Assembly (NCBI RefSeq): GCF_024521635.1
Contig: NW_026250427.1
Coordinates: 248,001 to 312,000, forward strand
Reading direction: 5' to 3'
Length of the DNA: 64,000 bases
Source: Tricharina praecox
Lineage: Eukaryota
Below are positions 50,801 to 63,800 of this stretch, one piece after another (positions within the stretch are counted from its first letter, which is position 1; the number at the start of each line of letters is the position of its first letter). The notes below the pieces were generated by a model. That model made no database searches and was not told where the DNA came from. It was given only the letters and a program-made list of their open reading frames with translations. The position numbers and the translations under genes were made by a program.

Positions 50801-52094
50801 GGTGCTCACTGATGCGGAATGCGGTACAACTATCATGCCCGGCGGAGGCGAAAGATTTCTCGACGGAAACACGGCGTCTCACTGTCAGATACTACCCGTT
50901 TACCACATCTTTCGGGCGAAACAGTCAGAGTTCGTCTAGCTTGTTTCTCCAATACCCAGGGAGAAAAACAAAGCATCGACGCATATCGTAGCGAGTGACA
51001 TATAATGAACTTTACAGGATAGCCTAGGCACCCGAGACATCGGTGATGGTTGGCGATGGTTGGTGAACTGGCAGCAGCGGTGGAGAATACAAAGCACGCT
51101 GCACGCCATGCCGCAGCCCTTACATAGCTAGAAGAATGCTCGTACTTCCCGCGTTTCTAGTGAAAGAACCATTCAGCCGGGTACATGTTTGCCCATCGTC
51201 ATCCGCAAGCCTTCACCTTCACCTTCCAGAAACCAGTCTCGACTTTCGAGTTCGCTGGCGGCTACGTATGTATGTAGGTGGGTAGGAAATGAGCTTATCG
51301 ATGAGCGAGCCGATAGCTCGGGAATCGGGGATCGGGGATCGGGAATTGAGGGGATCGGGTCGGCTTTCGTGGCTGTTCATGGCTGTTCGTGGCTCTTCGG
51401 CGCCGCCATGATCCAACCTCTGGCCATGAGTATCGGCGGATGCAAGGTGGTAAGGTGGTATGGTGGTAAAGGTGGTAAAGGTGGTAAATGCGGCAAAGGT
51501 AAGCACGCCCCAAGCCTCAAAGTCCGTCAGCCTTCGGGTTTGGAACTGAAAGTACTTCGTTTAGGCTGCTGGTCAGTGATCACTGGTGGGCCGTGGCTTC
51601 AGTTGCGGTGTGGTGGGGGTGTGGCAAGCCGCTATTAAGTAAATGCGAGCCTGCTTGTAAACCGGCTCCTGACACAAAATGCGGCTCATTTGCTCTGGTA
51701 TTTCAGGCTTCTGCTAGTAAATTGGCCTAAGCTGAGCCAATAGGCGTTTGACAATAATTTCGGCCAGTTTACGATAGTCAAATTTGGCTCTTATACTTAA
51801 TTTTGCTGCCAATACTGAATATGTCGATTGGACAGAAGCCTGATTTGGCGTTGAAGTGTAAACTGGCGATTAGTAGTAAATGCAATGTCTCTCCACCACT
51901 CTCTTCGGGCATCCGTTGGTAAAAAGATTCTTACCGCTCATTAGGCTTCCGGCTCCAGTGATGAATGGGCTTCGATTTATAAATGGAGAATTTTCTTCTT
52001 ATTCGGCCGACCCACCATGCGTACCCCCCGACATTCCCCCCGCCATGCCCACAAATTTTGATGCCTGCAGCCTACTACTGGCCACATTCGCTTC

Positions 52095-52620
52095 CTCCCG
52101 CCGACAGCTTTTCCATCACTTCCTCATCTCGCCAACAGCTCCTCCAAGTTCTCTTCCTCCTCTCGCCAACAACACATCCTCTCCTCCTTCTCCCGAACAT
52201 CTCCTCCTTCACATCCTCCTCACGCCGACAGCTCTTCCATCACTGCTTCCTTTCGCTGATGGCTCCTCCATCACTACGTCATCCTCTCACCGGCACGGTG
52301 GCACCCACAGCTCCTCCATCACTTCCTCCCCCATCACTTCCTCCTCTTGCACTGCAGACAGCTCATTCCTAGAAGAAAGCTCCTCCTCCTCCCGCCCACA
52401 GTTCCTCCTCTTGCCGCAACTACTCTCGCTCCTCCTCTTGCTAACAGCTCTTTCTCTCCCGAAAATCTCCTCCTTCACTTCCTCCTCTCGATGGCAGCTC
52501 CTCCTCACCCTCCCCCTCTCGCTAACAGCTCCTCCGTCACTTCTTCCTCACGCTTCTCCTCTTGCTAACAACTTCTCTTCTTGCTGACAGCCCCACCTCT
52601 CGCCGAGCCCTCCTCCTCTG
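52095..52620. repeat. Degenerate ~30-bp pyrimidine-rich minisatellite (ctcgccgacagctcctccatcacttcctc-like)
   Basis: Many acagctc..ccatcactt units; the same unit occurs at 54050-54460 and inverted near 57670-57727. Confidence 0.7.
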
Positions 52621-52953
52621 TCACTCCACCACACAGTATTTTCTTTCACCGTCGTTCGCCCTCACCACTGGTCTTCCTACAGCAGGTACGTAGTGTGCTT
52701 GTAGACCTAGCTCGCTGCGGATACCCACTGTCTAGGTACTAACAGAATGTCTATCAGCACGCCGGTCATGTTGAATCTGTGCTAAGGCACCCGGGTGAAG
52801 GCCGGAGAGGCTGGGAGAGGCTGGGAGAGGCGGGGAGAGGCGGGGAGAGGAGGGGAGGGGAGGATATATATGGGGTGAGCAGCAGTATCTACCATACATA
52901 GAACCACAGCAGTTTCAAGCAGCAGTTCGCGCTCGTGTAATTGTTGAGGTCAG

Positions 52954-53147
52954 ATGAGCGATGACCTCATATGTGTGTTGACCTAGTATGTTCGCTGATG
53001 ATGATAAGAAGAAAAGAAAGAGGAGAGTGGGGGAGGGGAGCGAGGGTTTTATAGGTGTTCCAGGAGATCTTGCAATCAAAATTTCGCCTCCGCATGGTTG
53101 GTCACTCGGCTCGCTAGCCCTAAGCACTAGCATCACAGGCGGCAACA
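52954..53147 (+). mobile_element. Dispersed non-coding element R, copy 4 (truncated)
   Basis: Matches 6258-6453; followed almost immediately by module T at 53163-53248. Confidence 0.8.
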
Positions 53148-53162
53148 GACAACCGGGAAACG

Positions 53163-53248
53163 GCGCCACATCGTGCTGGCTGGTAACGGGGTCTCAACCC
53201 CCGGCTCGCCAGAGTGGGCAGGAAATGTGATGGTTCGCCATAGTCTAA
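53163..53248 (+). mobile_element. Tail module T fragment
   Basis: gccacatcgtgctggctggtaacggggtctc..gttcgccatagtcta matches 5851-5938. Confidence 0.75.
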
Positions 53249-53763
53249 ATACCTACCATAGCGAGCCGTGTACTAATGTCGTTAGCCTTATGTGGGGCTT
53301 GAATAGGCCTACAAAATAAAACAATCCTCGTATAATCCAGCTATAAGCACGTTGAACTCGTGAGACCTCAGTAAGGGCTGTGTTAAACTAAGGCTAGTGT
53401 TCTCATTTCCCTAAAAATGTCGTAACTCCTACATAATGCCTATGCAGCAACAACCTCCATCACCTAAATCGGCCTTGTCACTTTGTAAGCCCCATAGCTT
53501 TCGTCAGGCCTATATCGTCATTGTTGAAATGCACAGCACTGCCGTACAACAATGACTGTAAAACTGGCAGGCTTTTTGAAGCATTATGGGATATATCAGC
53601 CCGGGACAGAAAACCCAGTATGATGTAAGCGTTCAATGAGCCTTATTCAAACCCATGGGTTCTACCACTCTTGTGAGTTAGTAGTGCATATGCGAAAATC
53701 AGCCTGGTTGACACCGGCGGCGGCGGGTCGAGAGGAGAGAGAGCGGAGGTGGGAGGTTGAACG

Positions 53764-53883
53764 CAATGTTCTACATAGACCAGACCGGTCGGCCGACCAG
53801 ACCTGATTTTTTCCTGGTCGGGATATATCCCGACCGACCCGACCATACCAAATTTGGTCGGGACTGGTCTATGTAGAATACTG
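53764..53883. mobile_element. 120-bp hAT-type MITE with 20-bp TIRs and 8-bp TSD
   Basis: TIRs caatgttctacatagaccag / ctggtctatgtagaatactg; perfect TSD gttgaacg at 53756-53763 and 53884-53891. Confidence 0.9.
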
Positions 53884-54049
53884 GTTGAACGTCTAGGTAT
53901 TCTGTAGATGGTGATGAGAGAGAGAGGCAGCTCAGATAGAATCAAACCCGCCAGATAATGCCCTAATGTATAGTTAGGCGTAGAGTTTTCTGAAGACAGA
54001 TATGATAAAGCTTATTTTTCAGGTTAAAACTCTCGAGCCCAGGGCCCGT

Positions 54050-54460
54050 CCTCTTCATCTTTCTAACAACTCCTCCTCATCTTTCTAACAGCTTCTCCTC
54101 TCGCACACAGCTCCCCCATCACCAGGCCTGGGAATCGTCCGTCCAGTCCCAGACAGGTCCTCCATCACTTCATCGCCTAGCTGACAGCTCCTTCTCTCGC
54201 CCACAGCTCCCCCATCACTTTCCCCTCTCGGTGACAGCTTCTGCATCACTACCTCCACTTCCTCCTCCCGCTGCAATTGCTACCTCCGCCGCAACTACTA
54301 CTGCTACTCCCGCTGATATCTCATCTCTCATGTAGCTACTACTCCTGCTGCAGCTCCTCCATTCCCCGATAGATTCTCTTACTGATTCTTCTATCTCTTA
54401 CAGTTACCGTCCCCGAAACTCCTCCTTTTCCTGATAGTTCCTCCATTACTTTCTCCTCTT
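54050..54460. repeat. Second block of the ~30-bp pyrimidine-rich minisatellite
   Basis: acagctcccccatcac units as at 52095-52620. Confidence 0.65.
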
Positions 54461-55004
54461 CATCCTGTCACTGCCAGACCGGTATCCAAGGCGAGGGGCA
54501 GTAGGGGGGCACAGTATGGTGAGTAGGAGACTGACAAGCGGGGAAGAAGAGTAGTTTAGGTATATAAGGGTACGGAACAAGCGATAGTCATCGTCAAATG
54601 AAGAGCATTGATAAGTGATAAGTATGACATTGGGATGAGGCTTCTCGCAGAAGAGCGATTATGGAAACCTTTTGGGCGTATAAGCCTTACTAATCCTTAT
54701 TTTTTCAAAATTCCCTACAGAGCCCATATGGAACCCTTATGAGCTTCCAAGGTGGGCCGGCCAGTAGTGGTTGCAGAAGGCTTACGAGTCGGGACTGATT
54801 TTCACTGCACTCAGGATTGTGGAAGCCGTATTCAACAAAAAGAGCGGGAATTTGAAAACCCTGACTAAGCCTTAATTTACGACAAGACTTTTGGGGATGA
54901 AATACTAATATTAGTATTTTTTCGTCAAGAGTATTGTGCCAAAATCGCCCTCATGTATAGCTGCCATAATGTTTTTGACTTTAGTACACGGCTCGATATG
55001 GTAC

Positions 55005-55130
55005 ATAGGCTGCATGCGAAATAAACTGAGGATCGATCTCAACCGTCGAAACAGGGGGGTTGACGTGTAGACATTGCCATGATCTAGACAGGTCACATGT
55101 AATTATTGAATAAACCAGAAAACAAACAAA
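55005..55130 (+). mobile_element. Two stacked retroposon tail fragments
   Basis: taggctgcatgcgaaataaactga (module T), then gccatgatctagacaggtcacatg...taaaccagaaaacaaacaaa (LINE tail type). Confidence 0.65.
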
Positions 55131-55150
55131 TGGCAACACGCTTCAGTGGG

Positions 55151-55692
55151 AAGAGAGGGTTGACGGGCGGAGAGGGTTGAGCGGACAGCAGTAGGGATTC
55201 AGGAACCGGTATCGAGCTCATTGCTTCCGCGAGTTCTAGAGATGCAGCTACTCGATAAGACTCACTCTCGCCCCAGCCCCCCCCCCAGCCTCCGCCTGCT
55301 CTCTCTTCTTTCTTCGCCCTCTCGCATAGCAGCCAGAGAAGCAATGAAAGAAAAAAAGTGGGGGATCCAGTCAGAACATCTGCAGCTGAGCGCCCAGACC
55401 CCAGTTCCAAAAGAGTAAGCAAACAGTACCAGACCAACACAGAGATACTCTCATCCCCAATCGACCCGCTGTGACTCGGTGAATCACAGAGGAATCGAAA
55501 TGAGCGATGACCTGATATGTGTTGACCTGGTATGCTCGCCGCTAAGGATAGGGAGAGAAGAGAGAGGAGAGAGTGGGGGAGGGAGCTGGGGTTTTATAGG
55601 TGTTGGAGGGGTTCTTGAAATCAAAATTTCGCCGCTACATAGTCGGTCACTCGGCGTGTTAGCCCTAAGCACTCGCGTCACTGGCGGCAACA
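55151..55692 (+). mobile_element. Dispersed non-coding element R, copy 5 (apparently full length)
   Basis: Homologous along its length to the reverse complement of 6775-7276. Flanked by ggcaacacgcNNcagtggg at about 55132-55150 and 55686-55703. Confidence 0.85.
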
Positions 55693-55715
55693 CGCGCCAG
55701 TGGGTATTGAGCGGG

Positions 55716-55890
55716 TAAGGCTGGGTGGAGAGCAATAGGGAACCGATATCGAGCTTGCGGTCAGCGGTCGGTGGCAGCCGGGTGGATACTGATATGTCAT
55801 CTGCCATGATGATTAAACAAAACCAAAACATGCACCAGTAGGAGGAAACCGCCATGATCTAACAAGGTCGAATGCAATCAAACAACCCAG
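55716..55890 (+). mobile_element. Further LINE-3'UTR/tail fragments
   Basis: ggctgggtggagagcaatagggaacc (shared with the distal end of R), gccatgatgattaaacaaaacc and gccatgatctaacaaggtcgaatgcaatcaaacaa. Confidence 0.55.
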
Positions 55891-55936
55891 AAACAGCGGC
55901 AATACGCTTGAGTATAACTAATGAATCACAAGCAAT

Positions 55937-56862
55937 GGGAGTGTTATGCGTTTGTCGCACATCATCTGCCAATTCTTCCTACCCAGTGCTTGTATACGTT
56001 CCCCAACGATCCCACCCTCATGCAGACAGCTCAACGTCTCGGTCGGACTCTCCGTCCACGCAAATGTCGGGGGCTACCCAGCTTGACTTGCGTTCATGGC
56101 TTCGAAGGTGGCTTGCCCCGTAAAAGCTGTCCCAAGGTGGTTCAAGTAGGTTGCATGTACGGTTCTGTCCTACTTCTCTTCCAGTCTTGATCTGTCTGCA
56201 TATCGTCTTACCTCCTGTTCAGGGGCATTTGAGTTCCTCGCCGTACGTACGTTGTGCTTTCTCCCTTCCCTCCACGATGAAGTTCATCGTAGGGATTCTC
56301 GCCTCCACCACCGGCGACAGTGTAATTATATGTCACGTGATACTGCCAAGTGATATACAATTAGTGCTCTCTCTGTCACGCCAAAAACAAAAACAAAAAC
56401 CATCACCACCCCCGGTAGGTGGCTTGGAAGCCCCAAGAGCTGAGTCTTTCACCCCGGTTTGAACCTGGAGCTTTCGCTCAATTCCCCTCGCCGATTGCGT
56501 GGCCTAGACTACTAGACCACGCGGGGTTTTTTCCGTGCTGGATACATGAATCCGAATCATATAAAGTGGTGAGTCCCCCCGCGACGTACAAGCTCGGTCA
56601 CAACGCTGTCTGCGTCACGGGAGTGTTATGCGTTTGTCGTATATCATCTGCTAATTCTGCCTACATTCCACCATGCATTCCCCAACACCACACGCACCTG
56701 ATCCCCACCCTCACGACGGGTCATCGTCTCGGTCAGAATTCATGTCCACGAAAGCTTCGGCGGCTACCTAGCTTTACTCGCATTTGTGGCCTCAAAGGTA
56801 GAGTGCCCCCGGGTAAGCTGTCCCCGAGTTAGTTCAAATAGGTTGCATGTACGGTTCAGTCC
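55937..56862. repeat. Diverged ~235-bp direct repeat pair (55937-56171 and 56618-56862)
   Basis: Both start gggagtgttatgcgtttgtcg and end taggttgcatgtacggttc.gtcct. Confidence 0.8.
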
Positions 56863-57757
56863 TCATGTACCTATGATACCTACTTCGCCCCGCACCCATA
56901 CACGCACTCTCTAAGTCAAAAGAGGACATATGCTGTGGACATAACTGCGTTTCTTCGATCAGGGAAACGCCCCTTGGGTGCGTAACACGATACTGCAATG
57001 CCTGGAGGCTGGATATTGTTGTCCCGAGGATTTCCGAATCGGAAACCTCGATAGCCTCGGGTTAGTATGTAGAGCATTAGGCGTCTAGGGCAGAGATTCC
57101 GTCCTACAATAGTGAATTTCACTCTTTCTCATCTCTTCTGTTCTGCAGACACACCTTCCTGTCGGATCTTTCACGTTTGCTGCTAGGTAGAAGGTACTCC
57201 GACGTCCACCGAGACCGGCTACTTTTGCACAGGCTGTCACTCATACCCCCGTGCCCACACGTGCAGGACCATCGGCCTGTCGAGCGACTGTACGCTCGTT
57301 TCGATTAGCGGGGTGTGGAGGTGGTGAGTTGCTGGCACGCGGGCACTGTGGTGGCGGTAGACATCTACTCCCCGAGTCATGGCCGTGCATCTAACCCTAC
57401 TAGATGGGATCATGTCTTACAGCTATTTTCTAGATCTACGGGCTTCTCCTGTGGTGGAAGCTCGAGTTCCTGCCCCGTGTGTGGCCAATGATGCGGGTTT
57501 TCGGGCCGATAACTACCAGTTGTTCGTGCTTGTGACTCCCTCCTTCCGCCCAGGACAAAGCGTCAGTTCAGTCTCCATCACTCCATTCGTTGCCTGTTGC
57601 GAGCTGCACCGTCTATTGATCGGTGTATGTTTCGCCCCACCGCGCCATGCGCACAATACCACTGCAGCGAGTGATGGAGGCGCTGTCTGCGAGAGGACGG
57701 AGTGAAGGAGGACTCCTGTCGGCGGGAGAAACCAAATGTGATTAGTGTGGTGCGCAT

Positions 57758-57833
57758 CTCCTCCTCCTCCTCCTCCTCCTCCTCCTCCTTCTGCTTCTTC
57801 TTCTTCTTCTTCTTCTTCTTCTTCTTCTTCTTC
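57758..57833. repeat. (CTC)n(TTC)n microsatellite
   Basis: Directly visible. Confidence 0.9.
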
Positions 57834-60800
57834 TTTCTAGATCATCGTCTATCAAATAGACCGCCAACCCCCATCTCCGCTCTCGCCTCTGTGTGCGCTT
57901 CCTTTCTCTTCAGGCCTGGAGAGTAATTGGCAAAGAGCCCTCGCAATACCACCTGTGCCCACCCAGCCAGCAGGTGAAACAGCCAGCACACCGCGGCTCC
58001 ACGACCCCGCCGTCTTTCAAGCGTCAGTTACTATCGTCTCCCCCACCGGCAAGCTTCTCGGAGGCCCAGTATCCGCTCGAAGACGACGGATACAGCTTTC
58101 GAATATCACTCGGCTGCTGGGGCGTTACCGCGAGGACGGAGTGGCACGGTGGCACCCGGCACCAGCATTCCCCGAGACCCCCGATATGCGATGTACCGTA
58201 AGATACGACTAGCTTGGCTGCGAAGGTCACCACCTGCGGCATCTGCCGTTGAGGCGTTCTTGCGAGCTGCAGATATTTGCCGGCCATACGCAGCCCGCGG
58301 CTTCGATCTATGTATGTCTGCACTGGGTCATCACGGCTGCTGAAGGTACGTACGGAGCCTTAGCTTGCCGGCACGACCGTAGCAACGAAAGACAGCGAAG
58401 AGTGCGAAGAGTGTGAGGATGTGATCGGTGATCGGGAGGGAGAGAATCGTCTGGTCGGTAGGGAGGAGTACTAGTAGAAGTGTGAGCTGTGCGAGTGCGT
58501 CTCTGTACTTATGTGATTTCCACTGTTGCCCCCGTTCACCGGAACTACCACTACCCCGTGTTACAGAGAATACTAACATGCTATAGTAGTTTCGCTCTTC
58601 GCATACTCCATAATTAGCTATGATACCCTCCCACATACCGGTACTACATACCGGTCCTTCATACTACACAGCCACCGTTCCGCCGTTCGATCGGCCCGGT
58701 TTGGCATAAGCCAACAAACGAGTGCGAAAGTGTGAGTGAGCCGGCACACACCATCCCGCCGCACCCCGCCCCACCGCACCCCATTTACTCTGCGTCCGCT
58801 CCGGTGGGTATCACCTGACCCATACCACCCAAACTGCGACTGTTTGCAGGGGGTGTCTTCGTCCGGCTCGCCACTGAACAGCCAATTGCACAACTGATGA
58901 CTGACGACTGACGACGGACGGACGGCGGACGGGGCTCGATCTCGGTGACTCGGTGACTCGGCGACTCGGTGTGGTGTTGTGTGGTGTCGTGTTGGGGCTC
59001 ACATGCCCGTGCCGTCGACGACGGGCTGGGCTGGGTTGGAACCTTTTTCTTTTCCTTTTCTCGGCAGGTCTCGAACTTGGGGGTGAGGTATTTGAGGGTG
59101 CTGACACATATCACATCATACATGTACGGTACATACCGTACATACCGTATCCGTCAGTCTAGGTATATCTATCTATCTATCGCTGCCCCGCTGATTACTC
59201 TACACGAATCACGAGCAGCAGCGTCGGATGCAAATAAGAAGCCCCATTCCTCCTCGGTGGGGCCTGAATCCGAACGAAAAATAAAATAGACTAGGGTGTG
59301 TGTGAGAAGAAGAAGAAGAGAAAGAAGAAGCTGAGCGCATCTAGATGTTCCCGTCGCGATTAGTATTGTGGTTTGGGAGGGGGCAGATGCAGTGATGCAC
59401 ACTTGGCGATCGGAACGGATTGTTTGGAAGGAGCAACCGAGGGGCATCAAGTAGAGTACTCTAGAGTACCTACCTAACCATCAGGGGGGGAAGAAATGAC
59501 TCGGTATCTTCTTCTTTGCCCATCCATTTGATCAGAGGATCAAACGGTTGCTAGGGCGTAACTATGTCTGTATGTATGCACACGATCTTCACTGACAGAC
59601 AGACAGCTTCCGCACGCGGGTAAAAAAAGACCTCAACTCAACTCGGCAGGAACCCCCGGGTACGATCGGGGCCCCGACGACATCATCATTGGAGCTTGGG
59701 CCTGAGGATGAGGGGGAGGGGTAATTTCCGTCACGCACGGCCGGCCGGTTCGATTCCCCCATCCCGCCCTGGGGCCTTGGAGCCTGCAAACGAGGCGTCG
59801 CCCATCGCCTGTCGCCCGGTATTTCCGTCCGGCAGGCACAGTTGAGATCCAATCGAACGAACGAACGCTGCTGCTGCCATGGCGCACACACACCGAGCGA
59901 GGCAGAACGCAGACGACGATGGAAACCTGTTGGCGCCCGTCGCGTCCCGCGTCCCGCGTCCGCATGTATGGATGCAGAGTACGGGGGCTGCATAGTGGTC
60001 GTCGAGAGGAAAGCGCGCGATCAGTGGTGCTGTCGCATGAACGAAACCTATAGAAACTATAGCAACTACAGCCTGTGTATCGCAACTAGGGCGTTGTCCG
60101 CAAACAGGCAGGCAGGCAGGCAAGCCGCAGGCTGCCTTCCGCACGGCCGGGTACGAGAGGATCGAACATCGAACGCCTTTTTGATTATTATTATTATTTT
60201 ATTATTTTGGACCACACGGCGCACGCGCGACATGAGTGTCACATCCACCATCATCCATGGGTGTACTCATGGCTGTCTGTAGTTATGGAGTTATGTATGC
60301 AGAAACGGGACCTGGTGTTTGCGTTTCATTTCACCGGGACACAATCAAAATCCTGGAGTACATACCGGTATCATCAGTCGAAAGCGGAGTGTTGGGAGTA
60401 CTGGGGGAGGGGCACGGCGAGAGCTGAATTGCACGCACCCAGCTGCCCAGCTGCCAGGAAGCTCAGGTACGCAAGCCCACGCAACGCATGTCGATACGGC
60501 ACGGTATGTGCCACTCCACTCCACTCCACTCCACTAACTCCGAGGTAACCGCACCGACCAGGATCGGAGGGGACGATGCGGCTTCATGTGTTCCTGAGGT
60601 TTTCGGTTGGACTACCAATCGATCGCTGTGGATGGAATGCTTCGTTCGGGTATGATAGGTGGACGTGAGATGGAGATGCACGACGACGGGCTGGAAGCCC
60701 TCTTCTTCTTCTCTCTGCAAAGATCTCAGGCATGAACTGGTGCAGTTGGGGTTCGACCGCGCGCTTACCTACTTTACTAGTACTATACCCTCCAGAGTCC

Positions 60801-63800
60801 AGAGTCCACTTATCCCACCCAGTGGTTTCTTCTTCTTTCGCTCCCCCTCCCCCTCAGCGCAGCCAGGGATACATACCGTACATACGGTATTTCCGCGCCA
60901 TCCGGAAGCTTCAAGCTGCATACGATGCGTGCGTACGTGCGTAGCCCTTTCTTGTTTTTTTTCATTCCTTCATGGCCGACTTCTAAGTTTCTGGCTTACG
61001 TCAACCGGTGCCGTGTCATGTGCAGTGGCTCGCTCATTGATGATTGGTATAATATAATCGGCGTCGATATTTCTGGCTCGATGATTACCTGGTGGGATGG
61101 ATGAGGAGTGTGGGGTGTAGAGTGTGAACCTGGATTCCCCCCCTCCCCCTACAGAAAAGGATAGGAGGATGCGGCGATGCGGTGGTACAGCGGCGATGCG
61201 GCGGCGGCGAGTGGCGACGAGAAAGCGAGTGATACCGCATGGCGCCGGAGTGCACAGGTATCAAGGTAACCACGAGGCTCCAGCTGCAGGAAGCCGGGGC
61301 GAGGAGGTCCTGGTCCGAGTCTGGTACAGTCAAATATTCCTATCCAGCGGAGCCTTGCCTTGCCTTGCTCTTGCAATTTCGGGTGCGAATGATGGCGACG
61401 ACGAAGATGGTGATGGAATGTGGGCAGTGGGCTCGACAATGGACATTGACGTCCATCAGCATCTCACCCGCTGCCTGCAGCTTGCAGGCCCTGTGGACGA
61501 TTATGAAGTAGGTACTACTGGCAGCTCTCGGGCTCCGGCGGAATGTGCGTCAATGTTTTCTCCGAATTATACATAGCCACCCGTCTGTGGTCTGCCCCTT
61601 ACATATGTACGAGTACATAGGTTGCCGCCAGCCAGCTTGCGGAGTCCTGGACACCTCAGGTCGGCTTGCGGGACGATACCTGGAGTACAACAGGTACATA
61701 CTAGTGAGCTTGATAGTGCGTTCCCCGCACTCTGCGAGTATGTATGTACTCCGAAGCAGTCCGCAGTCCTCATTCCGCAGCCCGCAAGACATGGATAGCT
61801 TGTATTAGCTACAGCCCGCCAAAGGTTCTTTACTGACTTTTGTTCCGTACTCTTCAGACCAACAGTTGAAGCAGCATCATCGGTCATTTTAAGCGGCATA
61901 ATCCCTCGAGCCCCGATTTTGTCAGTCGTTTCGTGTGCCGTCGAGCATGGAGAGTACCTTAGGTACCTACTTCATGTTCCACATTCATGGGCGGGAGGGC
62001 GGCATGCTCGACTCTCGAGAGCTCAACCCTAACCACCACCCAACGCAACAGCTAGAGCTGCAGCTGGAGCGTCTCCCTGCCTAACACATCACCACCACCA
62101 CCACCCCATTCGAGTGTCGCGCTACATACACCCGCGCTCTCGCGTCCAGAAACACCCCGCACGCCGACCGATAGTGGGGTAGTGAGAGGGGCTGCTAACT
62201 AAGCCGACCACGCGGGGGTCCAGGTTCGACCGTTCGAGACCACACCCTACCTGTCAAGCACCTACCTACTACGTCACGGCGAGCGTCCCCACGGAACCTC
62301 CACCTCCGTCGGCTATGTATACTTGCGCGGACGAGGAATCGAGCTTCATCCGTGACTCGCACTGCGGAGCTGTTGCTGCGCGGTGGCTCGAGACGGCCGC
62401 ATACCGGCCTACATATGAACATCGCGATTCCACGCAACAGCAGCAGCACGGACGTCGGTACTTTAGCGGATACTGGGCTGGGCTGGGTTGGGCTGGGCAC
62501 GAGGAATGATTGCGCGGAAGGGAGAGGCGGAGGTGTCGAGGGGGTCTGCTAAGCGAAGGCCGGATGAAGTCACCACTTCATCCCACGCTGGGCCGGTGGC
62601 GACGGCGGTGGTGCAAGGTTCGCATTTACGGACCGGTCGGGAGCCGCTTCGAAACGTCGTTTCGATACTCTCTGCCGTAGCGTAGGTAGGAGGTAGGTAT
62701 TGGGTTGAGTGTTGTTGAACTTGGGTAACCTGAAATCAGAGATGGAGATGGACGCTTGACTGGCACACTGGTTACTACCTAGTGACTGGAGAGGGAGAGG
62801 GGCGCGCCCGGCGCCCTACAGTAGAGTACTATAGAGTAGTTACCAGGTATCTACCTATTCCCGGACGTCCTATCTTCGCATGGGCATTGAACATTGGAAA
62901 TCGCCTTTAGGCTTCAATCGAGTTTGAGTGTACCTATTCTACCTAAAGTAGAGTACTTAGAGTCTATAGACCAAGTCGAGACCAGGACAAGCCTCAAGGG
63001 CGCGCACCACGACCACGACCTCCACCACCACTACGCACCCGAGGGGCGAAAAAAACCAGACATCATCCCCTTCCGCCAGAGTAGAGTACGAGTACTCTGG
63101 AATAGAGTAAATGCAGTGAACGGAGGCGATCCGTGGCGTCGTCACGAAATACCTAATGGCGAGGAGTGCCGTATGATAGTCAGTGGTGCCGAAGTGAGGG
63201 GCCGGGATCGGGGACTCGGGGAGCCCCCCAAAGCTAAGGAAAGCTAAGGAAAGCCTAGATGGCGTGCGAGTGCGAGACTGCGAGTGCAGTTCTGCTGGCT
63301 GTCGGGAATAAACCCTCGCGGCTGTAGTCTGTATCATAAGCCTCGTTGAAGCTACTCCGCTCTGGATACTTATCAAACCTAGAGCATGTACTCTACACAT
63401 GTACCCGAGTATGTACCTGTGTCCAACCGCAACGAAACAAGATGACGACGACAACACGGTGGGCGGACGGAGTGGACGAACAGGCGTTGCTCGGCGAAGC
63501 AAGATCCACCCGTCACGCCCCCACGCATCATCCACGGTAATTGGCTGGCTGGCTGGCTGGAGGAGGGGTGCTCTGGGCTTAGAGTACGTTCTTGCTCTAC
63601 TAATATAGATATTTGGAAGGTATAGAGCAGTTGGTTATGCAGGATAGGCACAAGGTAGGTATGATATGTCACGAGTTTCATGATTTCATGATTTCATAGT
63701 TTCATTTTCGTATGTACATACGGTACTGGTATATGGCCTAGGTGGGTAGGTAGTTGCTTTCGCGGATAGTCCCCGCGTGGATGGATGTCGCAGTTGATTC

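Noticed and set aside
51880..52587. 235-aa Ser/Leu/Pro-rich ORF
   Set aside because: Translation of the pyrimidine-rich minisatellite.
59740..59765. B-box-like GGTTCGATTCCC (also 41232 and 5875-5890 on -)
   Set aside because: No cloverleaf, acceptor stem or properly spaced A box; not called tRNA.
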